DNA from: an uncultured delta proteobacterium
GTDB lineage: Bacteria > Desulfobacterota > Desulfobacteria > Desulfobacterales > JAHEIW01
Direction: 5' to 3'
Assembly (NCBI GenBank): GCA_963706575.1
Contig: CAVPNL010000004.1
Span: 96,001 to 160,000 of the forward strand
Length of the DNA: 64,000 nucleotides
Shown: positions 1-9,236 of the stretch, in pieces
Layout: each line of letters starts with the position of its first letter
Numbering within the stretch: position 1 is the stretch's first letter
Notes under the pieces: model-generated
The model's input: the letters and a program-made list of their open reading frames with translations, nothing else
Told to the model about the DNA's origin: nothing
Database searches by the model: none
Made by a program: the position numbers and the translations under genes

Positions 1-244
1 TCGTGTGTGCAACGGATTCAAATTTTTCCAGCGGTGGTGCGCCCACCCGGGCGGTCGGGGAGTCGGGGCTGGCCAACTGGGGATGATCTTCTTCCAGCAG
101 TTTCAACGCCTGCATCATTCGATCATACTCGGCATCTGAAATTTCCGGATCATCCAATACATAGTAGCGGTAATTATACCGGTGAAGGGCTTTTCTTAAA
201 TCATCAACTTTTTGAATGATCTGAGGGTCTAAATTTTGCGACAT
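1..244 (-). CDS. ligA: NAD-dependent DNA ligase, N-terminal part (runs off the left edge; absent from the ORF track)
   Basis: Manual translation from ATG 244 gives [68 protein letters not shown], the typical LigA N-terminus (YYVLDxPxISDxEYD...DSPTxRVG). Overlaps the upstream gene by 16 bp. Confidence 0.93.
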   Translation of the reverse strand, partial: MSQNLDPQIIQKVDDLRKALHRYNYRYYVLDDPEISDAEYDRMMQALKLLEEDHPQLASPDSPTARVGAPPLEKFESVAHT

Positions 245-969
245 AGGTCTCTTATCACCGAGCAGGCAGTATGGCGGCCATGTTTGAATTCATCCATTTT
301 AAATCCGGGACGCCATTTAAAGGAGGCCAGCTCATCAGAGACAATCGCCATCGCGCCCAGGTCGGCACCCCGAAATTTCGCCACCGTAAACAGGGCTGAA
401 ATCTCCATCTCAACACCAATTGCATCCTGGCGTTGAAAATATTTCACCTTTTCGCAGGTTTCGCGGTAAATCGCATCCGTGGACCAGATCGCCCCGTTAT
501 GGAAATCGGCCTGATTTTGTCTCAAGGCGTCGTTGAGCATTGCTTGCATTGACGCTGCCGGAAATGATTTCCGCGTCTCATTGTTTTGATAATGCCCGGA
601 GGTGCCTTCATCAATAATCGCAGATGTCGCAACGATAATATCGCCAATTTTGACCTTTTCGGATATGGAACCGCACCAGCCTAAGAAAAAAATTTTTTGG
701 GCCCCCCAGGCGATCAGCGTCTCCAGCACCATCACTGCATAGGGTGCACCCACTACCGGACCGGTTAGCGAAATTCCCGCAGATGAAAGGTTAGCAGGGT
801 CACGGTATAACCGGCTGGTAAACAGTTTTTGATGGGCGCCGCTGTCAAAATCCAACAATTTGCAGAGCTGAAACAGATCGGTTTCGGTCCCTGCAATCAC
901 GGCCACAGGGCCCAGCTGTGGTGAACGTTTCCCTTTTTTGGGAAATATGATGGCATCGAGATCGCTCAC
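229..969 (-). CDS. Nucleoside phosphorylase (PNP/UDP phosphorylase family)
   Basis: Motifs [36 protein letters not shown] and VEME. Confidence 0.85.
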   Translation of the reverse strand: MSDLDAIIFPKKGKRSPQLGPVAVIAGTETDLFQLCKLLDFDSGAHQKLFTSRLYRDPANLSSAGISLTGPVVGAPYAVMVLETLIAWGAQKIFFLGWCGSISEKVKIGDIIVATSAIIDEGTSGHYQNNETRKSFPAASMQAMLNDALRQNQADFHNGAIWSTDAIYRETCEKVKYFQRQDAIGVEMEISALFTVAKFRGADLGAMAIVSDELASFKWRPGFKMDEFKHGRHTACSVIRDLCRKI

Positions 970-986
970 TTGTACATCCGGTTGAA

Positions 987-1241
987 TTACTGCGGTTTGT
1001 GGTAAGAGGCTAAATCATCTTTAACCTCGTCGATAATATCATATAACCACATCAGGTCCTCTATGGTCAGCCGGCCGGCCTTCACCGGTGCCCTATCGCT
1101 GCCGTCTTTTTTCAGCAGAATCCGCGGCCCGATTTGAACCTTGGGTTCACCTTCACCATATTGATGGATTGAAACCACCAAGCCAGTTTCATTGCATTTC
1201 CACTGTTTTAAAATTTTGTCCTTTTCCGGATCATACGCCAT
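987..1241 (-). CDS. Small hypothetical protein, possibly PC4-like fold
   Basis: 84-aa ORF with GGAGG RBS and a beta-strands-then-helix pattern; the fold is a guess. Confidence 0.65.
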   Translation of the reverse strand: MAYDPEKDKILKQWKCNETGLVVSIHQYGEGEPKVQIGPRILLKKDGSDRAPVKAGRLTIEDLMWLYDIIDEVKDDLASYHKPQ

Positions 1242-1325
1242 AGTTGCAATTAACCTCCATTCAAATAGAACATTTTTTAATTTTGTGTCTTAATTGTAAT
1301 TTTTTGACATTTTATGATTTTTTTT

Positions 1326-1445
1326 ATCACGAAAACACGAAATTTAGAAAGCACGAAATTTAGCTTTTCCGCTTTTCGTGTTTTCGTCCTTTCGTGCTTT
1401 CGTGATTAATTTATCTTTTTTGGTTCTGGCTTGTTCGTGTTAGGT
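1326..1445. repeat. CACGAAA-family periodic inverted-repeat cassette
   Basis: atcacgaaaacacgaaa...gcacgaaa followed by tttcgtgttttcgtcctttcgtgctttcgtgat; same family at 11289-11355. Confidence 0.8.
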
Positions 1446-1544
1446 GTTACCAAATTTAATGGGTCAAAAATCGCTTGTCAATCAGTCTTTTCTATTTAGA
1501 AAAAACTTGACAACTTAAAGCAACCCATATATCGCAACCGCACA

Positions 1545-2738
1545 ATGCCGATTCCAACCCCTTTTCACGATAGAACTTCAAAATTATGCGCCAGCTATTG
1601 TTGGACCGATTGGGCGGGTTATTATGCGGTTTGTTCCTATAATATGCCCAATGAGAGCGAGTACTACGCCATACGGCATGCTGCCGGCTTAATTGATATC
1701 ACACCGTTATTTAAATATCAGATTACCGGAACCGACGCCGCGGCATTTCTGTCCCGCATCATGGCCAGAAATATTCAAAAAGTCAAGGCTGGCCAGGCGG
1801 TGTATTGCTGCTGGTGCAATGATTATGGAAAAGTGATCGATGATGGAACCGTTTTTCACCTGGATGGAGATCGCTTCCGTGTGCACACTGCTGAACCCAT
1901 GCTGGCCTGGTTCGATCAGTTTAAACGCGGTTTCAATATCGCCGTAGAAGATATAACAGAAACGATTGCCGCCGTCGCCATCCAGGGACCCACATCCCGC
2001 AATATACTGAAACAGCTCACGGATGTGGACATGGATGCATTGGCCTATTACCGCGTAACGCCCGCCAAGCTGGATGGGCTCGATACCTATATATCCCGCA
2101 GCGGTTTTACCGGCGACCTCGGATATGAAATCTGGGTGCAAAATACGGCCGCGCTGCCCCTTTGGGATGCCCTCATGTCCGCCGGAAAGCCCTATTTACT
2201 GCATCCTGCTGGCCTGGATGTTCTGGACATCACCCGCATCGAAGCCGGATTGATTCTAAGCGGTGTTGATTTTCACAATGCTGAACATTGCCTGATCGAG
2301 TCCCAAAAATCGACGCCTTTTGAGCTGGGCCTGGGCTGGACGGTTGATCTGGAACGCGAACCCTTTAGCGGTCAGCGGGCACTTAGAGCTGAACAGGCCA
2401 GCGGATCGCAATACGCATTGGTCGGACTTGAGCTTGACTGGGATGAGCAGGAAGCGCTTTACGCCAAACACGGCTTACCGGTTCAGGTTGCCGCAGGCGC
2501 CTGGCGCGCGGGTATGCCGGTCTATGCCGGTGAAGGCTCCCGGCAGATCGGCAAGGCCACCAGCGGCACCTGGTCCCCCATCATCAAGAAAAACCTGGCG
2601 CTGGCCTCCGTGAAAAACGAGTACGCTCAGCCGGGCACAAAACTCAAGATCGAATACACCGTGGAATATCAAAGAGAAACCGTGGCAGCGGTGGTTGCGC
2701 CAATGCCTTTTTACAATCCCGTACATAAAACAAACTGA
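1545..2738 (+). CDS. GcvT-family aminomethyltransferase (folate-binding), not in a gcvHP context
   Basis: EYYAIRHAAGLIDITPL, GKVIDDGTV, AIQGP, SRSGFTGDLGYE, RIEAG, TPFELGLGW and a terminal PFYNP. Confidence 0.9.
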   Translation: MPIPTPFHDRTSKLCASYCWTDWAGYYAVCSYNMPNESEYYAIRHAAGLIDITPLFKYQITGTDAAAFLSRIMARNIQKVKAGQAVYCCWCNDYGKVIDDGTVFHLDGDRFRVHTAEPMLAWFDQFKRGFNIAVEDITETIAAVAIQGPTSRNILKQLTDVDMDALAYYRVTPAKLDGLDTYISRSGFTGDLGYEIWVQNTAALPLWDALMSAGKPYLLHPAGLDVLDITRIEAGLILSGVDFHNAEHCLIESQKSTPFELGLGWTVDLEREPFSGQRALRAEQASGSQYALVGLELDWDEQEALYAKHGLPVQVAAGAWRAGMPVYAGEGSRQIGKATSGTWSPIIKKNLALASVKNEYAQPGTKLKIEYTVEYQRETVAAVVAPMPFYNPVHKTN

Positions 2739-2782
2739 GTTGAGCGATTGTCGAGATTTGAATCGCTCGTTTTAGGAAAAGC

Positions 2783-4405
2783 ATGATGACTCAAGTGGCT
2801 CAACCGCTCCGGGACCACATACCGACGCAAACCTTTGACGCTATTATTGTCGGCGGAGGACACAACGGGCTGGTGTGCGCCGCCTATCTGGCAAAAGCCG
2901 GAAAAAAAGTCCTCGTTCTGGAACAGCGCCATATTCTGGGAGGCGCCGCTGCCAGCGACGAGATATTTGCGGGCTTCACTTTTTCGGTTTATTCATATGT
3001 GGTCAGTCTGTTCCGCCCGCACATCGTTCGCGAGCTTGAACTCACCCGGCACGGATATCAGGTGATACCGCTGGAATGCACGTTTACACCGTTTCCCGAT
3101 GGTGAATCTCTCACGCGTTGCGGAGATCCGGAAGCCACCCGGCGCGAAATCGCGCGATTCAGCCCGCATGATGCCGAAATTGCGCCCCGCTTCTCAATGG
3201 CCATGACGAAGATGGCCAGTTTCATCAAACACATTATCGATGCGCCCTCGCCCGACCCTGCCTCTCTTCGAATTGGTGAAATCGCCAAATTGCTGGGTCT
3301 GGGACGCCGTTTCAAACAATTGGATGCCGACGACCGCTACTTATTCACCAAACTGATGACAATGAGTGCGGTCGAATTTCTGGACCTGTGGTTCGAATCC
3401 GACCGTTTGAAGGGTCCCATGTCGGTCAGCGGCATCATCGGCACTTATCTGGGAGTGAGGTCCCCGGGTACCGCCTATGTTCTGTTGCATCATTACATGG
3501 GGGAAATAGACGGTGCCTTCCGGTCCTGGGGGCTTTCAAAAGGCGGCACCGGCGGCGTCAGCCTCGCTTGTGCCCGTGCAGCCCGATCATTTGGTGCTGA
3601 AATTCGGATCGAAGCGCCTGTGGAACAGATCCTGATAAAAGAAGGCAGCGCTGCCGGAGTGGTCGTGAAGGGTGGACACGAGATCAAAAGCAAGACCGTT
3701 ATTTCAGCCGCCGATACGCATCAGACATTTTTTAAGATGGTGGGCGAGCAGCATCTGGGCAACGATTTTGTGAGGCAGCTCAAACGCTTCAAATACAGGG
3801 GCAGTTCTGCCAAAGTAAATCTGGCCGTGGACCGCCTTCCGGAATTCAGCTGCAAACCGGGCGGCGGGCCCCATCTAAAGGGCGATATCACCATTGCCCC
3901 GGGGGTTGACTATCTGGAAAAAGCTTATGATGACGCCAAATACGGCGATTTTTCGAAAAAGCCGTTTCTGGATATTGTCATCCCGTCTTTGACCGATCCG
4001 ACCGTGGCCCCGCCGGGCAAGCACGTGATTTCGATTTTTGTCCAATACGCACCCTACCACCTGAAAGAAGGAGCAGCCCAATGGCCTGAAAAGCGGGAAG
4101 CATTGGGAGATACGGTGATCGACACGCTGGCCGAATACTGCCCGAATTTAAAAGATTCGATTTTACACCGCCAGGTCGTAACCCCCTGGGATTTGGAACA
4201 GGATGTAGGCCTTACCGAGGGCAACATTTTTCAGGGCGAGCTGAGTCTGGAGCAGCTCGGCCCATTTCGGCCGGTGGCGGGCTGGTCCCGCTACCGGACA
4301 CCGATCAATAACCTGTGGATGTGTGGTTCCTGTGTGCACCCGGGCGGTGGCATCATGGGCGCCCCCGGTGAGCTGGCCGCCAAAATGTTACTTAAGTACA
4401 GTTAA
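2783..4405 (+). CDS. Phytoene-dehydrogenase-like (PYROXD2-like) FAD oxidoreductase 1
   Basis: GGGHNGLVCAAYLAKAG FAD motif, PTVAPPGKHV, TPWDLE...GNIFQGE and GSCVHPGGGIMGAPG. Confidence 0.88.
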   Translation: MMTQVAQPLRDHIPTQTFDAIIVGGGHNGLVCAAYLAKAGKKVLVLEQRHILGGAAASDEIFAGFTFSVYSYVVSLFRPHIVRELELTRHGYQVIPLECTFTPFPDGESLTRCGDPEATRREIARFSPHDAEIAPRFSMAMTKMASFIKHIIDAPSPDPASLRIGEIAKLLGLGRRFKQLDADDRYLFTKLMTMSAVEFLDLWFESDRLKGPMSVSGIIGTYLGVRSPGTAYVLLHHYMGEIDGAFRSWGLSKGGTGGVSLACARAARSFGAEIRIEAPVEQILIKEGSAAGVVVKGGHEIKSKTVISAADTHQTFFKMVGEQHLGNDFVRQLKRFKYRGSSAKVNLAVDRLPEFSCKPGGGPHLKGDITIAPGVDYLEKAYDDAKYGDFSKKPFLDIVIPSLTDPTVAPPGKHVISIFVQYAPYHLKEGAAQWPEKREALGDTVIDTLAEYCPNLKDSILHRQVVTPWDLEQDVGLTEGNIFQGELSLEQLGPFRPVAGWSRYRTPINNLWMCGSCVHPGGGIMGAPGELAAKMLLKYS

Positions 4406-4567
4406 TCGTTATTGGTTATTGGTTAATCGTGAGGTGTCAGGGGATTGTTTGATTAGTTTTATTTGTTTCATTGGTTGAATTGGTTGATTCAAACCGAACC
4501 AATTGAACGAATTTAACCAATCAAACCAATTAAACGGATGGTCTAACCCTTTTAGTAGACCTAACTG
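4405..4567. repeat. Composite periodic inverted-repeat cassette (gttattg 7-mers plus aaccaatt 9-mers)
   Basis: cgttattggttattggtt, then ttggttgaattggttg / aaccaattgaacgaatttaaccaatcaaaccaattaaac; begins at the upstream stop codon. Confidence 0.8.
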
Positions 4568-4571
4568 AAAT

Positions 4572-6131
4572 ATGGAAATATCGAAAACCAACGCGTATGA
4601 TGTGATAATAATTGGTGCCGGTCATAATGGCCTGACCGCTGCTGCCTTATTGGCCAAACAGGGCCGCAAGGTCCTGATCCTTGAACGGCGCAACATCATC
4701 GGCGGTCTGGCGGCGGGAGAAGAATTTCATCCCGGATATCACTCCTGCGGCTTACTGCATGATAGCAGCCAGGTGCGTGCTAAAGCGGTCAGGGCACTCG
4801 ATTTGAAATCTCATGGTCTTGAATTTTTAGCGCGAAGGCCATCTGTCCTGGCTTTGGATCTCGAAGGCCGCGGGATACTTCTGGGGAACAAGGACGGCCG
4901 CACAGCCAGAGAAATCGATTTTTATTCACCTGATGATGCCAGGCAATATCTTAAATACCGTAAATTTATCAAACGCGTTGCCGCTGTCGTCAATCGCATC
5001 TTCGAGGAACAACCGCCGGCTATTGAATCCCTTGATGGCCGCACGCTCTTGGATCTTTTCAAAACCGGATTTGCGCTGCGGCGACTGGGCAAAACCACAA
5101 TGCTGGAATTTTTGCGCGTCTCACCCATGTGTGTCGCTGACTGGCTGAATGAATGGTTTGAAAATAATTGCTTAAAGGCCGCGCTGGCCGGCGCTGGCTT
5201 AAGCGGTAATTTCGCCGGCCCCTGGAGCCCCGGCACCGCCTTTAACCTGCTATTGTGGGAATGTTCCGCCAAACGCAGCATTAAAGGCGGCCCCCGGTCC
5301 TTGATCGCCGCTCTTGAAAAAGCGGCCCAATCCCAGGGGGTTGAAATTCGAACCGCGGCCGAAGTCATCGAATTACGGGTTTCCGGAGGAAAGGTCGAGG
5401 GGGTGGTGCTCAAAAACGATGAGCTCGTGCAGGCCTCCATTGTTGCCGCATCCTGCGACCCCCGACATACCTTTTTAGACCTGGTGCCGGGCAATCAGGT
5501 TGAAAGCTGGCAGGAACATCGCATGCAACATATTCGCGGCACCGGCACCACAGCGAAAGTGAACCTGGCGCTGAATACACAGCTGGAATTCAACGGCCGT
5601 TCGAGAAAAAAAATCGAGTTTGCCAGGACAGGCCACCACCTGGACCACCTCGAGAAAGCCTTTGACGCCTGCAAGTACGGGCAGTTTTCAGCCGACCCCA
5701 TCCTGGATATCCATATTCCCACCGTATCAAACCCGGATCTGGCGCCGCCGGGACACAGCGTGGTTTCTGTTCTGGTAAATTTCGTGCCCTATGGTCTACA
5801 ACCGCAATGGAGCCAGAATCAGATCGAAAAACTGGGGGATGCCGTTGTGGCAACCCTGAAGCAATACGCACCCGGCGTTACCGATGCAATTGTGGCCCGG
5901 GAAGTACTGTCTCCGGTCGATCTGGAGAAACGTTACGGTCTGATGAAGGGACATATCCTGCACGGTGAGCACGCCCTGGATCAGCTGATTTTAAGACCCA
6001 GCCCGGAATGCGCCCGCTACCACACACCGATCAAAGGACTGTATTTATGCGGCAGCGGCAGCCACCCCGGCGGCGGCATCACCTGCGGTCCGGGAGCGAT
6101 AGCGGCTTCTGTCATTACTAAACATAAATAA
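4572..6131 (+). CDS. Phytoene-dehydrogenase-like (PYROXD2-like) FAD oxidoreductase 2
   Basis: GAGHNGLTAAALLAKQG, PDLAPPGHSV, SPVDLE and GSGSHPGGGITCGPG; paralogue of the upstream gene. Confidence 0.88.
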   Translation: MEISKTNAYDVIIIGAGHNGLTAAALLAKQGRKVLILERRNIIGGLAAGEEFHPGYHSCGLLHDSSQVRAKAVRALDLKSHGLEFLARRPSVLALDLEGRGILLGNKDGRTAREIDFYSPDDARQYLKYRKFIKRVAAVVNRIFEEQPPAIESLDGRTLLDLFKTGFALRRLGKTTMLEFLRVSPMCVADWLNEWFENNCLKAALAGAGLSGNFAGPWSPGTAFNLLLWECSAKRSIKGGPRSLIAALEKAAQSQGVEIRTAAEVIELRVSGGKVEGVVLKNDELVQASIVAASCDPRHTFLDLVPGNQVESWQEHRMQHIRGTGTTAKVNLALNTQLEFNGRSRKKIEFARTGHHLDHLEKAFDACKYGQFSADPILDIHIPTVSNPDLAPPGHSVVSVLVNFVPYGLQPQWSQNQIEKLGDAVVATLKQYAPGVTDAIVAREVLSPVDLEKRYGLMKGHILHGEHALDQLILRPSPECARYHTPIKGLYLCGSGSHPGGGITCGPGAIAASVITKHK

Positions 6132-6189
6132 GTCAAACCAATTTTTAAAGTACCGTTTGGACCTCTTGTCAATACTTACCTTCTAAAAA

Positions 6190-6218
6190 TTGACATACTA
6201 TATATTACATTCTATAAT
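6190..6218 (+). promoter_or_regulatory. Perfect-consensus sigma70 promoter
   Basis: TTGACA-17 nt-TATAAT about 90 bp upstream of the H1-like gene. Confidence 0.8.
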
Positions 6219-6306
6219 AAAAAACATGAGGTTTTTCGGAAAGTACAATTCTTCAAAATAGGCCATGTATTGTTAGGAATTTACCAATAATTAAAGGGAG
6301 AATGCC

Positions 6307-6633
6307 ATGTCACCTGCAAAGAAAAAAACAACTGCCAAAAAGCCTGCTGCGAAAAAGAAAACTGCCGCCAAGAAAACTGTTGCGAAAAAGAAAGCTGCTG
6401 CTAAGAAACCTGCTGCGAAAAAGAAAACTGCCGCCAAGAAAACTGTTGCGAAAAAGAAAACTGCTGCGAAGAAAGCTGCTGCGAAAAAGAAAACTGCCGC
6501 CAAGAAAACTGTTGCGAAAAAGAAAGCTGCTGCTAAGAAACCTGCTGCGAAAAAGAAAACTGCCGCGAAGAAAGCTGTTGCGAAAAAGAAAACTGCTGCT
6601 AAGAAAGCTGTTGCGAAAAAGAAAAAGAAGTAA
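6307..6633 (+). CDS. Histone H1-like Lys/Ala-rich repeat protein
   Basis: AAGGGAG RBS, nine tandem 11-aa units KK(T/A)(A/T)AKKxxAK, 50 Lys in 108 aa and no acidic residues; has its own promoter and terminator. Confidence 0.85.
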   Translation: MSPAKKKTTAKKPAAKKKTAAKKTVAKKKAAAKKPAAKKKTAAKKTVAKKKTAAKKAAAKKKTAAKKTVAKKKAAAKKPAAKKKTAAKKAVAKKKTAAKKAVAKKKKK

Positions 6634-6658
6634 TCAGCATTTACCCTCTCACCAATCA

Positions 6659-6719
6659 AAAACGGGGAGGCAAGAATCATTTTTATGGGTTTTAAATGAT
6701 CTCGCTCCCCGTTTTTATT
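6659..6719 (+). terminator. Intrinsic terminator of the H1-like gene
   Basis: aaaacggggag...ctccccgtttttatt long hairpin followed by a T-run. Confidence 0.65.
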
Positions 6720-6737
6720 AGAAGTGGTTTCAAAGCC

Positions 6738-6965
6738 TCAGATCAGGTTTCCCGCTTTAACGCGGGATTGCACGTCTTTATTTTAACAAATTAATGTGTG
6801 CATCAAAGCCCCGCTGCAGCGGGATTACATATCTGATCTTAAAAAATTAAGGTATGCATCAAGCGCAGGCCGATCGAGAAAGTCGTTGTTCTCAGCATAC
6901 ATGATGGGCTAGTATGTGAGCATTTATCGGAGGCTGTGCTGCACCCTTGCCCGGATACTTAAATT
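6738..6965. repeat. Degenerate palindromic/MITE-like elements at the glyS 3' end
   Basis: agatcag...ctgatct with two cccgc..gcggga hairpins, then aattaaggtat...atacttaaatt around a gcatac..gtatgtgagc core similar to 42510-42534; overlaps the glyS stop codon. Confidence 0.5.
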
Positions 6966-9070
6966 GACAATTTGGAGAAGTCCGCGAATTTACCAAACAG
7001 TGTCGCGATGTGTTCAAGCAATGCCATCCGGTTGCGGCGAAGGTGTTGATCTTCCGCCAGCACCATCACGCCGTCGAAAAAGGCATCCACCGGACCGCGC
7101 AAAGTAGCGATATCCTGCAGCGCTTTTTCAAAGAGCCCTTTATCCATGGCCTCGGACACCTTTTTTTCAACTTTTTGATAGGCGAAAAAAAGCGCCGATT
7201 CGCTTTCATGTCCAAACAGATTTTCTTTCACCTCGCCGAGTCTTGCCTGCCCTTTCTGTTTGCCCGATTTCTTTAAAATATTGACCACTCGTTTAAAGGC
7301 CACTGCCAGGGGTTCAAAATCCGGTTTGGCCTTAAGCGACTCAAGGGCTTCCAGACGACTCCATAAATTGGGCACATGATCGATAGAAACATCAACAACC
7401 GCAGCGATCGTATCCTTGGCGTAACCCTGATCGGCCAGCAGCTGGATGATGCGGTTTTGCAAAAAAGAATAGACCTTTTGCGTAAGTGCTTTTAGTTCAT
7501 CCGAATCTTTTATTTCAAATTGGCTGATGCTTTTTTTGATCAATTTTCGAAGTGAAAAGGAAAATCCCTTATCATTCATGATTTGAATGATTCCGATCCC
7601 CTGGCGCCTAAGTGCATAAGGATCAGAAGCACCGGTAGGCGTCAGTCCGGCGCTGAAGCAGCCGCAGATAGAATCGATTTTATCGGCGATGCTTAAAACG
7701 GAGCCCGTAATGGTTTCCGGCAGCGGACCGCCGGAAAACGTGGGCCGATAGTGCTCCTCGATGGCTGCGGATACGGTGGCAAGCTCGCCGGCAATGGCGG
7801 CATAGACTCTGCCCATGACACCCTGCAGTTTGGGAAATTCCCCGACCACCTGGCTGACAAGGTCCGCTTTGCACAATATTGCCGCGCGGGCGACCTGGGT
7901 TTTGAGCCCGTCACTCTGTTTTGCGTCGGCCAGCCCGATATCCACTGCTTTGGCGATGAATTTTCCGATTTTGGCGACGCGCTGAGCTTTCTCATACATC
8001 GTACCCAGCTTCGCCTGGAATAAAACCCTTTTCAGTTTTTCCACCCGCTCATCATTTGAGATATCCAGATCACCCTGGTAGAAAAACTGGGCGTCGGCCA
8101 GACGCGCACGCAGCACACGTTCGTGGCCCTTGGCCACCAGTTTCATATTCCTGGCTTTGGTATTATTGACAGCGACAAAATAAGGTAAAAGCTTGCGGGA
8201 TTTATTCACAATCGCAAAATATTTCTGATGTTCGCGCATTGCCGTAATCAGCACCTCGTCGGGGAGTTCGAGAAATTCCTTGTCAAATTGGCCCGCTATG
8301 GCGACCGGGTACTCAACCAGGTTGTTGACAATATCCAGCAGTTCTTCATCGGGCAGAATGCTACCGCCGACTTTCATTGCCGCTTTGTTGATCTCGCGTT
8401 CGACCGCTTTGCGGCGTTCAGCGAGATCAACGATCACCTGAGCTGCGTTGAGGCGTTTTAGATAATCATCGGCTGAATCAATTTTAATTTTACCGGGCTG
8501 CATAAAATAATGCCCGTTGGAAGTGCGCCCGGATCTGATATTTCCCAGTTTAAATTGAATCACGCTGGAACCCAGCAGCGCCAGGCAGGAATGAATGGGT
8601 CTGGCAAAGGTGATGTCCAGATCCGCCCAGCGCATGGTTTTCGGAAACGGCGTCGTCAATATCGCCTTTGGCAGGATCTCTTTAAGCAAGCTACGCGTTG
8701 CCTGACCGCGTTCCTGCTTTATCGCGCACAAATAAGCCCCTTTCTTGGTCTCTTTAACGCTCAGCGCCTCAATTTTAACACCCGCTTTCTCGGCAAACTT
8801 TTTGGCGGCCATGGTCGGTTTGCCGGATTCATCAAACCCGACCTTAACCGGGGGCCCGGTTAATTCAGTCTTTAGCGGCAGCTGTTTGGCGGCTACTTTT
8901 TCAATTCGAACGGCAAGTCGCCGGGGGGACCCGTATATTTCGGCGGAGCCGTGCTCAATCCGGGCTTCAGTCATTTTTTTCTGTAATGTTGCCGCCAACG
9001 CCTTTAGTGCAGGGTCAATATAACCTGCCGGAATTTCTTCAGTGCCAATTTCAAGCAATAATGTATCCAT
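6959..9070 (-). CDS. glyS: Glycine--tRNA ligase beta subunit
   Basis: LLLEIGTEEIP, FPKTMRW, HQKYF, EFPKLQGVMG, SDPYALRR and terminal ADFS. Confidence 0.97.
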   Translation of the reverse strand: MDTLLLEIGTEEIPAGYIDPALKALAATLQKKMTEARIEHGSAEIYGSPRRLAVRIEKVAAKQLPLKTELTGPPVKVGFDESGKPTMAAKKFAEKAGVKIEALSVKETKKGAYLCAIKQERGQATRSLLKEILPKAILTTPFPKTMRWADLDITFARPIHSCLALLGSSVIQFKLGNIRSGRTSNGHYFMQPGKIKIDSADDYLKRLNAAQVIVDLAERRKAVEREINKAAMKVGGSILPDEELLDIVNNLVEYPVAIAGQFDKEFLELPDEVLITAMREHQKYFAIVNKSRKLLPYFVAVNNTKARNMKLVAKGHERVLRARLADAQFFYQGDLDISNDERVEKLKRVLFQAKLGTMYEKAQRVAKIGKFIAKAVDIGLADAKQSDGLKTQVARAAILCKADLVSQVVGEFPKLQGVMGRVYAAIAGELATVSAAIEEHYRPTFSGGPLPETITGSVLSIADKIDSICGCFSAGLTPTGASDPYALRRQGIGIIQIMNDKGFSFSLRKLIKKSISQFEIKDSDELKALTQKVYSFLQNRIIQLLADQGYAKDTIAAVVDVSIDHVPNLWSRLEALESLKAKPDFEPLAVAFKRVVNILKKSGKQKGQARLGEVKENLFGHESESALFFAYQKVEKKVSEAMDKGLFEKALQDIATLRGPVDAFFDGVMVLAEDQHLRRNRMALLEHIATLFGKFADFSKLSI

Positions 9071-9113
9071 ATTTACCTCAGATTTGGGTTCCGGGGTTTC
9101 ATTTGCCAGAGCA

Positions 9114-9170
9114 GTAGGGCGGCCCTCTGCGGCCGCCGTTTCAGAAGGCAGCCACAGAGGGCGGCCCTAC
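9114..9170. repeat. GTAG-type REP doublet
   Basis: gtagggcggccctctgcggccgcc...ggcagccacagagggcggccctac inverted pair. Confidence 0.75.
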
Positions 9171-9196
9171 TTTCCGATTTTCATCTGTCATCTGTT

Positions 9197-9234
9197 TTCT
9201 AACCCTGAACCCTTGAACGCTGAACCTTGGAACC
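9197..9234. repeat. tgaacc(c) short tandem repeat next to the glyQ stop
   Basis: ctaaccctgaacccttgaacgctgaaccttggaacc. Confidence 0.65.
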
Positions 9235-9236
9235 TT

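Noticed and set aside
2783..6131. Carotenoid desaturase (crtI) assignment
   Set aside because: No crtB/crtE nearby; the motifs and GcvT linkage fit the PYROXD2-like subgroup.
6291..6721. Alternative-frame ORFs over the H1-like gene (Phe/Ala-rich antisense ORF and Arg/Lys/Leu frame)
   Set aside because: By-products of the 33-bp repeat; only ATG 6307 has a well-spaced RBS and a sensible product.
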